This document shows, piece after piece, positions 1 through 13,255 of a stretch of DNA of 64,000 nt. Source of the DNA: Callorhinchus milii (Eukaryota); NCBI RefSeq assembly GCF_018977255.1, contig NW_024704743.1, positions 15,192,001 to 15,256,000 of the forward strand, read 5' to 3'. The stretch's first letter is position 1. Each line of letters begins with the position of its first letter. The translations under genes were made by a program, and so were the position numbers. The notes under the pieces were generated by a model, which saw only the letters and a list, made by a program, of their open reading frames with translations, did not search any database and was not told where the DNA came from.

Positions 1-307
1 TGGAACCTTGGTCTCTGATATGAAAGAAGGAGTTGTCACCTTCATGTTAATCTTGCAGAATACTTCAGAGCCATTTTAAAAAGAATGTGTCTGATGTTCC
101 TTGTCTGTTGCTACTATCTCCCTCATAAGAACACTGCAAGTGAACCGTGATAGAGAATCTGACTCAACCAAGGAGGACTACATTTCTGATGAGTTCCTCA
201 TTTTTCCCAAGGCTGCAGCTTATTCTTTGAAGATGTTTTATTATTTGGCCACTTATAGGTTTTATATAAAATGTGATATTTGTGTTGTTTTATTTTGAAA
301 TGGGAAT

Positions 308-372
308 TACAACAACAACAAAATTACATTTGTATAGTGCCTTTTCACGTCGGGAGGACATCCCAAGGGGCT
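308..372 (-). mobile_element. Isolated L2 LINE 3' tail
   Basis: (CAA)n + aaattacatttgtatagtgccttttcacgtcgggaggacatccc is the reverse complement of the L2 3' end at 5040-5112. Confidence 0.85.
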
Positions 373-681
373 GGAATTAGACTGTAAATGTCTCAGCATC
401 TATTATTCACTTGCTTGAGTACCTTTTAAATCAATTGTTTGAAAAAATACTGGTCATTTCAATATCCAGGAAGCAACTGCAGTGTTGAATGATTTGTTTT
501 GTTGTACATATTACAACAATGATCAAAGCCATTTTGTTTTCGCAAAAGAGAAGCAGATGGTCCCACCATTATAGGAGTTTTACTGATTAAAATTGCTTTT
601 CTATAGGAATAAATATCTTTTGTTTAGTCCGAGCATTTTGGTTTAATGAAATAATTATAGGAGTTTTTTTCATTAATTCAG

Positions 682-752
682 GGGCATCAAAAGATGGAGC
701 AGTGGATGAAGATGATTTCACAAGAGCATTTGATGACGTGCCTACAGTACAG
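682..752 (+). CDS. CLASP2: CLASP2 internal exon (linker/start of TOG2): (G)ASKDGAVDEDDFTRAFDDVPTVQ
   Basis: ttcag|GG...CAG|gtattt; matches CLASP GAVDEDDFxxAFxDVP; phase 1->0 joins next exon. Confidence 0.93.
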
Positions 753-847
753 GTATTTACACAATACATTCATTTGGAAAAAGCCTTTCCGATGACTTGC
801 ACTCTAACTACAATATATTATTGAACTAAATAATGGTGGTATTAATA

Positions 848-1240
848 GTAATAACAATAATAGCCCTTGTATTTGATGTAGCATCTTCCATGTCCGGAGG
901 TTGTCTCAAAGTATTTCTTAGGGCTTCTTATAAAGTGTAGTAACCATTTTGAAGGCAAACCCTGCAGACTGTTTCTGTACTGCAATCTCCCACAACAGCC
1001 ATAAAGTGAATGATCAGATTTATCTGAGGAATGTTGGGCCGGACACTGGGAGAAACTTATTTTCTTTTTAAATAGTGCCATATGATCTTTATTATCCACC
1101 CGAACAGGCACAGTTTAAGTTTAAAGTCTTATCCGAAAGATAATACCTACAACAATGCAGTGCATCTCCAGCACTCTATTGGAGTATCAGACTAGACTAT
1201 GAGAGTTCAAAGTCCCAACATGGGCTTGAACCCCACACCA
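848..1240 (-). mobile_element. Old decayed Deu-domain (SacSINE/AmnSINE-like) SINE
   Basis: Degenerate tail and Deu-like body on the minus strand; similar to 53505-53950. Confidence 0.55.
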
Positions 1241-1259
1241 TCCTTTGGATGAGACGATA

Positions 1260-1480
1260 TACCAAGGTCCCATCTTCCTGTTCAGGTAGATGTTAAAGAT
1301 CCCATGGCATTATTCGAAAAGAGAAGCAATATATCCCAGCCAACAATCCCCCAAATAAAAATTAATTCACTTAATAGCTATTTGTGTGCAAATTGGCTGC
1401 CACTTTTGTCCAAAAATTCAAAGTAAAATCCTGTGAAGCGCTTAATAAGGCGCTGCAGCAAATGCAAGGATTATTTTATT
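1260..1480 (+). mobile_element. Deu-domain SINE, 3' half
   Basis: ttcaggtagatgttaaagatcccatggca...gtgcaaattggctgcc...gtgaagcgct...aatgcaaggattatt. Confidence 0.6.
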
Positions 1481-1887
1481 GGCAAAGAATAAAAACACTG
1501 GCAACGAATAGTTTGCCCAAATGACTTGTTTCTGTTCTGTAACATTCTATGTAATTCTAAGTGGATGACAAAAGTTTTGTAGTTGAAGAACCGATCTGTT
1601 TTTTCTGAGTTTTTTTTTTACCCCCTCTCAGATTGAATCTAGCAATCTGTTTATGTAAGTGATGGGCAGCCTCAGAAACAGAAAATATTCATTTTAGGAA
1701 TGCAGATTATTCCTGGATGCTGATTGTTTAGGTTGTGCACAGGTGTTTAGAGTTATTGACACCCTAGATATATGGTTCCTTTGTATTTTATTGTATGGGG
1801 GACTATTTAAAGGGGAATGTATTTTTGATGTCCGTGTGACAATGCACTTATGAATAAATTCAGTCTTTGCTTTTTTAATTTTGGGAA

Positions 1888-2167
1888 CACCTTAGGCAAG
1901 TTTCCTTACTCCACACGCCACTGTTTACCTAGCAGTAAGTAGGAACCCAATTGTTAGTCAATTGGCGGATCGCTTTTCTGGGCATAATAATCTCTTAAAA
2001 ACAATTTGGTCACTCAATCCAATAGTGTTTGTGAGACACCGCTGTGCGCAATTGGCTGCCGTGTTTCGCTGACAAAATATACAGTCAATTCACTTTAAAG
2101 TGTATTCTATGAAGCACTTTGAGACATCTCAAAGATTAAGGTACTATATCAAATGCAAGGGTTATTA
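1888..2167 (+). mobile_element. Composite SINE (CORE-like + Deu-like + L2-type tail), 5'-truncated
   Basis: ttaggcaagtttccttactccacacgcc...gctgtgcgcaattggctgcc...aaatgcaagggttatt; shared with many copies in the window. Confidence 0.8.
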
Positions 2168-2626
2168 TAAATAGTGAGGTAGAATATAGGGTGTGGAGTG
2201 AACATTATAATGCATATATTGAGGTTTTGGGTTATGATGATCAGTGTCTGCTTGGGTGGATATAGTGCTCTCATGTTTGGGACAAAGGCAGCACGGGTGG
2301 GGGTTGGTGGTGGGGGTGGGGGATGGCAGAGAGGGGGCACCACTGCTGATTCTGAGGAATTAACAGTGTTCAAATATTTAAATTTCATTTTCTGAATAAA
2401 TATTTTATAGAAATTTATAACCAGTTATCTGCGCTGCGGCTATGATTCATTAAGTGTAACATTCTCCCCCCCACCCCCACCCGAGTACATTTTCTTTTGT
2501 AGCAAATATGAGGGGAATTCTGTTCATCTATCTGTCATTGCCGATATTGTTCAGTCTGAACCTTTTGTGAGGTCTTAGTGTTAAAAGCTGAGAAAATTAC
2601 AAATATCAAGTCTGTCTACTTTGTGA

Positions 2627-5112
2627 CTTCAACCTCCACTTCACACCCTCCTGCTCCATCTCCTCAGACTTGTCTCTCCTCTCTCTCAACCTCTCCCTCC
2701 ACATCCACTCTGCTACCCACACCCACGGTCGACCTGGTGATCACCTGGGGCCTCAGCGTCTCGGATGTCACCATCACTGACAAGGCCATCTCTGACCACC
2801 ATTTCATCTTCCTCAACTCCCATATCCCTCTCCCCGCTGCCTCCAAACCTACCACCATCTTCTATCGCCCGTGGAAGAAGACTTCCCCGCAATCCCTCTC
2901 TGCTGCCCTGGAGACCTTTGATCTCCTCCCCCTCTGGCTCACCACTCGCAACAATCCACTCACTGCACTCACTCTTCTCCACAGCACCCTCTCCACCACA
3001 CTCGACGTTCTTGCCCCCCTTACCTCCCGAACCGCCTCCTATTCTCAATCTTCACCCTGGTTCACCAGCCACCTCCGCTTACTGCCGAACGCACTTGGCT
3101 CAAATCCGGCCTAACGGTCCACACCCCATCTGGCTGGACCTCATCAAGAACTACCGCTCCGCTCTCGCCTCAGCCAAATCATCCTTCTATTCCAGGTTAA
3201 TCCTGGAGGCGAAAGGCAATCCCAGGCTCCTGTTCTCCACCACTAACCGGCTCCTCCACCCTCCCTGACACGCCTCACAGATACTTTCCTCCGATTCTCA
3301 CTGCGAGAAAATGCTGGACTTCCTCGAGTCCAAAATCGAGGGAATTCGCTCAGCTACCACTGCCCTCCCAACTTCCAATCCCTCCCTGCCCCACCTCACA
3401 CAATTACCCATTCAACAATCACCCGTCCCTCCTTCCAGACCTTTGATCCTGTCACCCCCTTCTCTGTCTTCAACACGGTAACCTCCATGGTCCACCACCT
3501 GCTCCCTCGAACCCATCTCCACCCCTCTCCTTAAATCTCAGCTCCACCTCCTTGCCCCACTACTCGCCGACATCATTAACCTCTCTATGTCATCTGGCAC
3601 TGTTCCTTCCCCCCTCAAAGCAGCCACTATCACCCCCACCTTGAAAAAACCTTCCCTCGACCCATCAAAGCTATCTAGCTACCGACCCATCTCAAATCTC
3701 CCTTTCCTATCCAAGGTCCTTGAGAGAACCGTTGCCTCCCAGCTTTGCTCTTTCCTCTCCTCTCACTTCCTCCATAAACCCCTCCAATCGGGTTTCCGTG
3801 CTGCCCACAGCACCGAAACTGCTCTGGTCAAGGTCACAAACGACATCCTGACTAGGTGTGACCAGGGCTCCCTCTGCCTCCTCTTCCTCCTTGACCTCTC
3901 CGCCGCCTTTGACACCGTGGACCACTCAATCCTCCTCCACCGCCTCTCCTCCCACCTCAACCTTCAAGGTTCTGTCCTTGACTGGTTCAGGTCCTACCTT
4001 TCACACTGCCTCCACTTCGTCACGGCAAACGGCTTCTCCTCCAGCCCCCGCACTGTCTCGTGCAGTGTTCCTCAGGGCTCTGTCCTCGGTCCCCTCCTCT
4101 TTACCCTCTACATGCTCCCCCTTGGTGACATCATCCACAGACATGGGGTAAATTTCCACATGTATGCGGATGACACCCAACTCTATCTCTCTGCCTCCAC
4201 TCTGAACTCCAGAACTACTGAGGTCCTGATCGACTGCTTATCCAACATCAAGTCCTGGATGAGGGCCAACTTTCTCCAACTCAACGCCAGCAAGACCGAG
4301 GCCCTCCTGATTGGCTTGCGCCAGCGCCTTCGCACCTCAGGTGTTGGCAGCATCATCCTCCACGACTGCACACTCAACCTTACTAAGCCAGTCAGGAACC
4401 TGGGTGTCTTGTTTGACCCTGAACTGTGCTTTCTCCCCCACATCCACACCATGACTGGCACTGCCTACCACCACCTCCGCAACATTGCCAGACTCCGCCA
4501 CTGCCTCACCCCTCAGGCTGCCGAAACCCTCACCCACGCATTCGTCACCTCATTGGCCTTCTGAACTTTTTCTTTCACAAGCTGCAGATCATCCAAAACT
4601 CTGCAGCTCGTGTACTCTCACGTACCAGGCTCCGCGACCCCATCACTCCCATCCTCGCCCGACTCCACTGGTTCCCCATCCCCCAGAGGATCGAATTCAG
4701 GATCCTCATCCTCACCTTTAAGGCCATCCATGGCCTTGCCCCCTCCTACTTCTCTGACCTTCTGACTCCCTACCAACCTGCCCACTTCCTCCGTCTAGTG
4801 GGCCTGCTCCATGTCTCCCACCCGACCCGCCCTACCATCGGTGGCCGGGTTTTCAGCCTCTCTGCCCCCACACTCTGGAACTCCATCCCACGGTCCTTTT
4901 GTCTCGCTTCCTCCGTTGCCTCCTTCAAGGCCGTTCTCAAGACCCTTCTCTTCGGCCGTGCCTTTGGTCTCCCTCCCACCTCTCTGCCTTCCCTCACCCC
5001 TACACCACCCCTCCCCCCCATGGTTGGGCCCTGACATCTGACTGTTCAGCGCTTTGGGATGTCCTCACGCCGTGAAAGGCGCTCTATAAATGTAATTTTG
5101 TTGTTGTTGTTG
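2627..5112 (+). mobile_element. 5'-truncated, frameshifted L2-clade LINE (endonuclease C-terminus + reverse transcriptase + 3' UTR)
   Basis: APE motifs DFNLH/SDH; RT motifs [32 protein letters not shown] (ORF 3587..4564); (TTG)n tail; candidate TSD TTTGTGA at 2620-2626 and 5113-5119. Confidence 0.95.
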
Positions 5113-5690
5113 TTTGTGAAAGTAATGTTAGAAAGCTATTGAATATATTTTTGTTAGTATTGATAGCAGCAATAGTATATTTATTCTCTTATATTCATGA
5201 CCGTGTTTCTTGAGGTGTTGGATTGCCATTGTGTTCAATGTAACAGTGTTGCAGACTTAAGCAGAAAGATTCCTCTTGAGGGATTTGGTGAGCAGAGGTT
5301 AGGCTTAGCGGTGATGTCCTCCATCACCAAGATACCTGATGAGTATCCTTCTTAGGTTCACAAATGAATAATGGCCATGTGGGCAGAGTCCCAGAGGACA
5401 ACCTTATTATTATTAATAATTATTAATGTGGTTGTGGAATTGCACCCTAGTACCAGGTGGTTAGGAACTAAGAGCAAGGACATGTGCCAATGGGGAGAGC
5501 ATTTCAAAATCAATGGACACACTAAATCTAAATTTAAAAAAAGCACCTGAAGAGTTATTCAGCTGAAATGTGAGGAAGCAGTCTGAAGTGAATCCTTTAA
5601 AAGGAATTTAATTCCTGACCTTGCTATTTATCATCATTGCCCGGTAGTTGCAAAGCAAAATTGTGTGAGTCATGCCATTCTGTCTTACAG

Positions 5691-5783
5691 ATTTTCTCCA
5701 ATAGAGAACTTGAAGAGACCTTGAACAAAATTCGAGAAATACTGTCGGATGATAAGCATGACTGGGATCAGCGAATCATTGCT
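5691..5783 (+). CDS. CLASP2: CLASP2 exon, TOG2: IFSNRELEETLNKIREILSDDKHDWDQRIIA
   Basis: ttacag|...GCT|gtaagt, 93 nt, phase 0-0; retains the HEAT-A loop Trp (HDWDQR). Confidence 0.97.
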
Positions 5784-6224
5784 GTAAGTTTTGAAAAAAT
5801 ATTTTTGTCAGCCTGATTCTGCTCATTAAGTGAAACAAAGATTACTTAACTGTTCATTCAGTGACTTGCAGAACTCTGCATTAAGATATTGCATGGACAA
5901 GTTAAAATTCATAGTTCTTGCTTCAACTCAACTTCAAATGAAAACATTGGATGGGTGTAAAGTATCTGTGAGGCTGAAATGAGTTTAGGGAGTTACTCCC
6001 CAATCCAAGCCAAAACACAGAATTGTCAAAAATCAGAACAAATTAAAACCTAAGTGAATAAAAATAGTTTTTAAAAAAGGATATGGCAAAAGAAAGAGGA
6101 ATGAGATGAGAGCATTGCACCCAGTCCTTGCCAGACTTCACTGACTCTTGACTGCCAGCAGGTCAACTTCAAGGCCCTCGCCCTCCTTTCATGCTTTAGT
6201 GCCTCCATGTCTCTGTGACTTTCC

Positions 6225-6980
6225 ACATTTGAATGTCAGCAAGATTGAGGCTCTCTTGATTGGCTCCCATCAGCATCTCTGAAACTGGCAGCATCAGCAT
6301 CCAAGGATGCACATTCCACCTCACCAAGCTAGTCAGGAACCTTTGTGTCTTGTTATCTTTTCTTCCCCCACATCTGTGCCATGACCCGCTCTACCTTCCA
6401 CCTCCGCAACATCACCCAGCTCCGCTACTGCATAATCTCTTAGGCAACCAAACCTTCATTCACGCATTCATCAGGTCTAAGCTTGACTTCACCAACTCCC
6501 TGCTTGTTGGCCTTTCCAACTCTTTCCTCTACAAGCTGCAGATCATCCAGAACTCTGCAGCTCATGTCCTGTCCTGCACCAGGCTCCGTGACCCCATCAC
6601 ACCCACGCTCGCCCGGCTCCACTGGCTTCCCATCCCTCAGAGGCTTGAGTTCAAAAATCTCAGCCTCACCTTCAAGGCCCTCCATGGCCTTCCCCCCTCC
6701 TATCTCACCAACCTGATAACCCCTTATCAACCTGACCGCTACCTCTGTTTAGCAGGCTCTGGTCTGCTCTATGTCCCCCTCCCGGCCCACCCCACCATCA
6801 ACGGTCGGGCTTTCAGCCCTTGCCTCCTTCAAGGCATGCCTCAAGACCCTTCTCTTCAAACATGCCTTCAGCCATCCTTCTATCCTCTCTGCCCACCACC
6901 CTCCCAGATCCCAACCCCCCACCCCCACTCCGGTCCTAATCCCTGACTGTTCAGAGCCTTGGGACGTCGTCCCGACGTGT
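6225..6980 (+). mobile_element. L2 LINE 3' fragment, decayed
   Basis: ORF 6260..6946 contains LQIIQNSAA...LHWLPI like the 2.5-kb copy. Confidence 0.9.
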
Positions 6981-8326
6981 CATTTTGTATTTGTATTGTA
7001 TCATCCCCTATTTCCACTGCTCTCTTTCTGTTAAGCTGACTCGGGCTGCTTGGCTGCATATTCCCTTCCTTCTCCGAGCTACCACAAGTGGTCGAGCTTT
7101 CAGCTACTAACCCCTAACCTGTGAAATTCCCGCCCTCTACTCCATTTGCAATTGATTTGTAGAAATTAATGCGGGTAAGAATGTGGGTGATGGAGCCTTA
7201 CGCAAAAAATGCCATTCAACCCAACATATATGTGCTGCTGCTAGCTGCTGACTAGACTTATCTGCCGTCATCTCATTTTGCCTTTCATTTGCCTCCTTTT
7301 CCCCTCTTCTCTGTCTTTAAATCCAGTTTAAAACCTCCAATTGAGCCCATGGTCATCTCTCTCTTCCTCGTTTCCATTGCACGCCATTGATCCCCATCAT
7401 TATGTACCATCCAAGGCATTATCCTACATGAAGGGTTCCATATAAGTGCAAGAAGTTAACTTTGTATCGTTCTATGAAATTGGTAACCTCAGTCATATGC
7501 ACAGCTGGTGAAGAAAGGCCACTTCATGGCTCCAACCATCTCCAGGTTGTCTGAACTTTCGTGAGGTTCCACATGCTGTCTTGGTGATGCTTTAAGATTT
7601 GTCATCTGCTTCCTCATGTGGTGGAGATGTAGGCATACTGCTTCGTAACATATGGTTACTTCAACGTGGAAGATATGTTACAATTGAACATTTTTAAAAT
7701 ATTTAGATTATTAATCGAAGGTTATTACTGTAACCTACTGTTATGAATTGAGCTTTCCATTCTTGGTGCAGGTTCTAATGGTAATGGCAGCACCCAAAGC
7801 CAAGTGAAAGTGCTTCCTACTTCCTTGTTTTGATCAGTAGATAAATTCTCCAGTTAATTAATTTGATTGACCCTTAATCAGAACTGAAACGATTAGGTTG
7901 GAGAATCTCCTTTTTTTAGGTTAGTGAACTCTGTAACACTAGGGTTCTTATCCTCTCTTCCTACCCTTAATTGTTAAAAAAAATCTATTATTGTTGAAAA
8001 CTTTTCCTACTTTAAAAAAAATGGGCTATAAGACCAAGAATTTATTCCCTTATTTTCTATTAAATACGTTTTAAAGAAAATGCTTATGCTAAAAGGAATT
8101 TTTATGGTTATCCAAAAGTATCAACGTTTTGTTCTTCTGCTATTTAAAAAAAAGGAAACAATTAATTCACAATGTGATGTGTTAAGCAAATAAATACTGC
8201 AAAAGCAATAGTGTCTAAAATGCCATGATTTTTCCTATAAGGTTCAGATTTTTATCATTACTGTTTTTTTTAAACACTGGAAATGAATAAAAACAGAGAA
8301 CTGACTTGTTTCATTTTGTCTCTAAG

Positions 8327-8472
8327 CTGAAGAAGATTCGATCCTTACTAATTGCTGGAGCTACAGAGTATGACTGTTTCTTTCAGCATTTGAGATTGTT
8401 GGAAGGAGCCTTTAAATTATCAGCAAAAGACCTACGGTCACAGGTTGTCAGGGAAGCATGCATTACTGTGGC
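8327..8472 (+). CDS. CLASP2: CLASP2 exon, TOG2: LKKIRSLLIAGATEYDCFFQHLRLLEGAFKLSAKDLRSQVVREACITV(A)
   Basis: AAG acceptor (tctaag), donor gtgagt, 146 nt; DLRSQVVREAC is a CLASP hallmark. Confidence 0.97.
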
Positions 8473-8834
8473 GTGAGTATTGATGAAAAATAACCAAAAT
8501 TGTTTATCTATTTCAGTATATTTCTGGTAAAGCAAGTCCTATTCACATTTACATTTCATTATTTGATTAAACTATTTTACATCGAATGCACATTAGTGAT
8601 CCATCACCCTAAAACTTTTTTTTAAAGTTGACCAGAGCAATAATGTGCAAAATATTTCTGATGTTATAACTTAGATGGTCTCCGTGATTATTAATGCGTT
8701 TCTGTTATTAGACCATAACAGATCTTTTAACTCTGCTCCAGTCCCTCTCTTCATTTTCCCTTCATACCCAGATGCAAATCGATCTCACTTTTAAACATCT
8801 CAAACAATTTTGAATCTATAAACAATAGCTTCTG

Positions 8835-9050
8835 TCAGTGTAGCTCAGCTTGAAATACTTTCGCCTCTGAGTCAGAAGGCTGTGGGTTCAAGCCCCATGT
8901 CGTAACTTGAACTCAATAGCTAAGCTGAACTCCAATACAGTGCTGGTGGATAGGTTGTTGCATTCTCAGAGGTGCCATCCTACATTTGAGACGTTAAACC
9001 GAGGTTCCAGTGGTCGTTAAACCATGACACTACTCAACAAGAAAAAGGAG
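8835..9050 (+). mobile_element. tRNA-headed SacSINE-like SINE, 5' half
   Basis: gtagctcag (A box)...gcctctgagtcagaagg...ggttcaagcc (B box)...gagacgttaaaccgagg. Confidence 0.65.
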
Positions 9051-9339
9051 TAGTGTACTAATTGTAATTACAATGCTGATACTGGCATTTACTGACATTT
9101 TTCAGTGCTGTAAATGCTGCTACCAGCATTGTACTTGTTTGAATCCTGTGAGCAGAAGATAGTGAATAATCTATCTTCAGCTCGTGGGATTCAACCAATC
9201 TGCATCAAAGTCAATCTCCCTGGCCACTGTGAAGGTCAGCAAGGACGGTGAAGCTGCTCGGTGCGGCATTGGTGTTGGCTAGGAGAGTTGGGAATCGACA
9301 CGTGCGCAGTTTTGTGGAAATTTATAATTTATTTGGTTT

Positions 9340-9413
9340 TGGACCCGCTCTGGCTTATCTGGAGTTACAGATATCGGAGTCCAGATAACGCATGAAGTTG
9401 GGGGTTTACTGTA
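9340..9413. mobile_element. Tc1/mariner (Tigger/pogo-like) MITE terminal remnant
   Basis: Ends gggggtttactg+TA (reverse complement CAGTAAACCCCC) with internal palindromic ttatctgga...tccagataa; no partner end found. Confidence 0.4.
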
Positions 9414-9732
9414 TGTATATTTCCCTCCAACCTGAAAGATGAAGTTGCATAAATAACTTTAAAAGGGCACATTAAGTCATTTTTGAATTAATTCAGATTG
9501 TACTTAATTAGGTTTTGTGTATTTATTACATGGATTTTAAGAAACTGAACACGATTAGTGGCATTCTCACAAAACCAACACCTTTCTATCTAAAGCTTGT
9601 AGATTAGGCAATAGATTAGGTTGCTAGAAATTCCTGCATAGGAAAATAGGAATGTATAGGACTGGAAAGATGATTATGATCTCTCTAACTGATCCCAATA
9701 TTTAAAAAAAAACATTTTTTAAATAATATATA

Positions 9733-10045
9733 ATCATAGAATCATACAGCACACACAAGGCCATCCATTCGACCCATTGTGTCTGTGGCGGCTCTTTGAA
9801 AAAACCTATCCAATTCAATCCCACTCCCCCGATCTTTCCCCATATCCCTGCAAACTTGTCCTCTCCAAATAATTATCTACTTTACTCTTAAAAGTTATTA
9901 TCGAATCGGCTTCCACCACCCTTTTAGGTAATGACTCCAGATCTGAACAACTCGCTGTGAGAAACCATTTCTTCTCACCTCCCCTCTGTTTTAACAACTA
10001 TTTTAAATCGATGCCCTCGGGTTACTGACCCACCCACCAGTGGAA
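9733..10045 (-). mobile_element. CR1 LINE 3' end
   Basis: atcatagaatcata tail; minus ORF 9815..9997 with SLPKRVVEADSIITFKSKVDNYL (CR1 ORF2 C-terminus). Confidence 0.85.
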
Positions 10046-10329
10046 TTACTTTGTGCTTTATCTCTCACACCCCTTAACTTAATTGTTTACCAGATATCTA
10101 TATAATTCCTTCTTAAATTTGAAAATCACAATCTGTTCCCTGGGAAACCTGTTTGGCATGTTCACTATATGGGTAAAATAATTAAATCTGATCAAGCTGT
10201 TCACATTTCTGCTTGTGAACTTGCAAGCTTAAATATTAATTCAGTGATACAGCTGTAGATTTAACAAAAATTATAGATTGTTTTCTTGCATTTTCCTCCA
10301 AATATATTTGTGGCTCTTTTTTATTATAG

Positions 10330-10465
10330 ACATCTGTCAACACTTTTAGGAAACAAATACGATCATAGTGCTGAAGCCATTGTGCCTACATTATTTAACC
10401 TGGTTCCAAACAGTGTAAAAATTATGGCAACATCTGGAGTAGCAGCAATTCGATGCATCATACGT
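10330..10465 (+). CDS. CLASP2: CLASP2 exon, TOG2: HLSTLLGNKYDHSAEAIVPTLFNLVPNSVKIMATSGVAAIRCIIR
   Basis: tatag|...CGT|gtgagt, 136 nt; seen inside ORF 10286..10492. Confidence 0.97.
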
Positions 10466-12432
10466 GTGAGTACACTATGTATTCTATATTAAGATGTGAA
10501 TGAGTATTGTATTTATGTGTACATTCTTTTTCATTTATAAATCTATGTATAAAGAGGAATTGCTTTCATTCTGTGGAGGAAGGAAGTCTGAATTGTTTTT
10601 ATGTCAAATATTTTGTTCTTAAACCCCACTGGACCACCTAAAAAAATGACTGCCTTGCCCTCTTTGAAACAAAAACCTCTTTCACATGGAAATTCCAGAG
10701 ATAGATTGTTGCAATGGGATACGCATTCTCTCCCAGGAGAGACACATCCTGCTTACCTTATTCTAGAAAGTATTAGATGCAGGTTTGCAAGAGCCAAGGC
10801 TTGGGGACCCCAGAGTGTGCGTTAGGTACTGCTGGAGTCCAACCAGTTAAAATCATATAACTCACCATTGAGAGCACTATCTAGCAAGCTTACAGCTGCT
10901 TGTCCAGCTAGGACCACCCTAGAGATTAGGGATTTGGTTTACAGGATTAACAGGAGCTAGGTGGGATGACTCCCTGCCCCCAGTGACTGGTCTGCCCTTC
11001 CAAGTCCCGATGATGAGCCAGCCTGGCTGTGCCGTCATCAGCAGTTCCCTGGAATACGCGGACCTACCTGGTTCAGGAACTGGACTACCGAGACTGTCAC
11101 AGAGGGCTGGCTCAATTCTGATATTCCGTTACCAAACATGTCACTTTGGAAACAGTTCAGCCCCCACCACCCCCAGTACCAGGAACTCCTTGTGAGCTTC
11201 CTGTTGGGCAACACAGCTTAGCATGAAAGCATTGCCACCACCTTCTTGTCTGCAGCTCGAACACACATCCCTTCCCATTGAGCTACCTATGTGATCTTCT
11301 TCAGCTTTACTTTCCTGCCCACCCCTTCCTTTAAGTAAACTCAGTTTTCCTTCACTTCCCTCGTCCTCATCATCCCACTCTCAGTAACCGAACCTTCAGT
11401 GTCTGCTCTACCTTCTGAGACTCCCTCCCAAAACTCCTTGGCCTCACCCCTCTCTAATTGTATTCAAAAGCCTCCTGAAAACCTGTCACTTTGACCATGC
11501 CTATGGTCACCTCCCTCAAATCCCCTACCCTCATTCAGTGTCCAACACCATCTCTATGAAGCTCTTTTAGACGTTACCCTAAGTGTAAAGTCCTTTATCA
11601 ATGCAGTAGTTATTTTTTCCCCAGACCAGAAAAAAAATTGGTTTCCATTTTTTGGTTGCTTCGCTTTTTGGTCAAAGAACTGTCTCCTTCTGCATTTTTG
11701 CTGGCACTTTGAATATTTGTTTATGCTGCTCTAGAATTGTAAACTACTTATGCAGTTTTACAGACTTTGGAGTGTTTTGAATATTAGCCCAATGCACTCT
11801 TAGGAATTTCTTTACTTCTTGCCTTCAACAATTGAAAGCTTATTCCACAATGTGATGAGCTTTGTTAATATTTAGACCGCCTTTTCCATAGCAACATCTT
11901 GTATTCAAGCACTGCTGAAGCTAAATACAGCTTTAACATTGCGTGATGTGAAGAGCTTTCTCATTGTGAATTATTTACTCTCCCCCGGTCTTCTCTGCGA
12001 AAGATGACATGTGGAGGATGTGCAGTTCCACAAATTGCCTCTGGTGTGCCAAGCTTTCTGGCAGACCTTGACACTTTGAGACCTGAACATGATTTTGAAC
12101 AGTGATGCTATAGATTGACAGCAATGGTTTCTGTATCAGTAAACAGGACTGGAATTTGTTGTTATCTCTTTGACTTAACTTCATGCAGGGTGAATTCCTG
12201 TTCGTCGGCCGAAAACCTCGTAGGCACAGAATAAAGCAGTAGATGTTGGCAGCAGAAGTAGATTCTTGCTGCAAGAATGGAAAGGCTTTGCACTTGGGGC
12301 AGTTAGTTTGCTTTCTGTCAAATGAAAATGTCAGAAGGTAGCCACATTGCCACAAAATAAAAGGCAGACAATATCTTCCTCCAGATCTGAGACAACAGTG
12401 TTACAGCCTCGATGGTCTACTTTATGTTAAGA

Positions 12433-13255
12433 CAACAACAAGATTACATTTGTATAGCGCCTTTCACGTCGGGAGGACGACAATAACAACAAATCGCATT
12501 TATATTTGGTCTTTCACTGAAATGCTGTACGCTGTCCAGCACCTTGGGACGTACCTCAAAACAGTGCCCATTGCCTTTGTTCCTCCTGGTCTGGCCTCCT
12601 CCTCACCCCCCAAGTCCTCCGCTCCACCCTCGGCGGCCGTGCCTTAGCCACTCTGCCCCGAGGCTCTGGAACTCCCTTCCTCACTCCCTTCGTCTCGCCC
12701 CCTCTCTTCCTATTTTCAGGTCCCTGCTGAAGACCTTTCTTTTCGACCGCGCCTTTGGTCACCTTTCTCCCCGTCCCCCTGGCTCGGTCCCGGGATCTGT
12801 TACTGTGAAGCGCTCTGAGACACCGTCCGGCTTGGAGGGCGCTATATAAATTTAAGTTGTTGTTGTAGTTGTTGTTCACGTCAGGAGGACATCCCAAAGC
12901 CCTGGACAGTCGAAGGTTTGTACCCGAGCTGCAGGTTGTATTCAAGTGTGCTGGGGGGTGAGGGTGGGAAGGTGACTGAAGATGCAGTCAAAGATAAAGT
13001 CTTAAGATGGACTTTGAAGGAGGCATGGGAAGGGGTGATGCGGAGAGCTCCGGGATAGAGGTCCAAAGAGTGGGGATAGAAAGGCTGAAGGTCTGACCAC
13101 TGATGGTGGAATGGGCAAGGCGCGGATCATGAAGCAGGATAATGCCTGCCAAGCAGAGGGTGTAGGTGGGTTGGTAAGGTGTTAGAAGATCACAGAGGTA
13201 GGGTGGGGCAAGACTGTGGAGGGCTTTAAAAGTGGGGATGAGGATCTTGAACTCA
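12433..13255. mobile_element. Nested L2 cluster: minus-strand copy interrupted by a plus-strand copy (12518-12874), with a short tail in its (CAA)n end
   Basis: APRLWNSLPHSLR...FRSLLKTFLF on plus; FKVHLKTL on minus; TTCAC duplicated at 12513-12517 and 12875-12879. Confidence 0.8.

Noticed and set aside
3587..4564. 325-aa reverse transcriptase ORF as a domesticated gene or retron/DGR-like system
   Set aside because: It sits in a frameshifted, 5'-truncated L2 with tail and TSD and has many decayed relatives in the window; an ordinary LINE remnant.
11852..11918. Possible C/D box snoRNA (GTGATGA...CTGA)
   Set aside because: No convincing terminal stem, C'/D' boxes or recognisable rRNA guide; such motifs occur by chance. 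An Rfam/snoscan hit would be needed.
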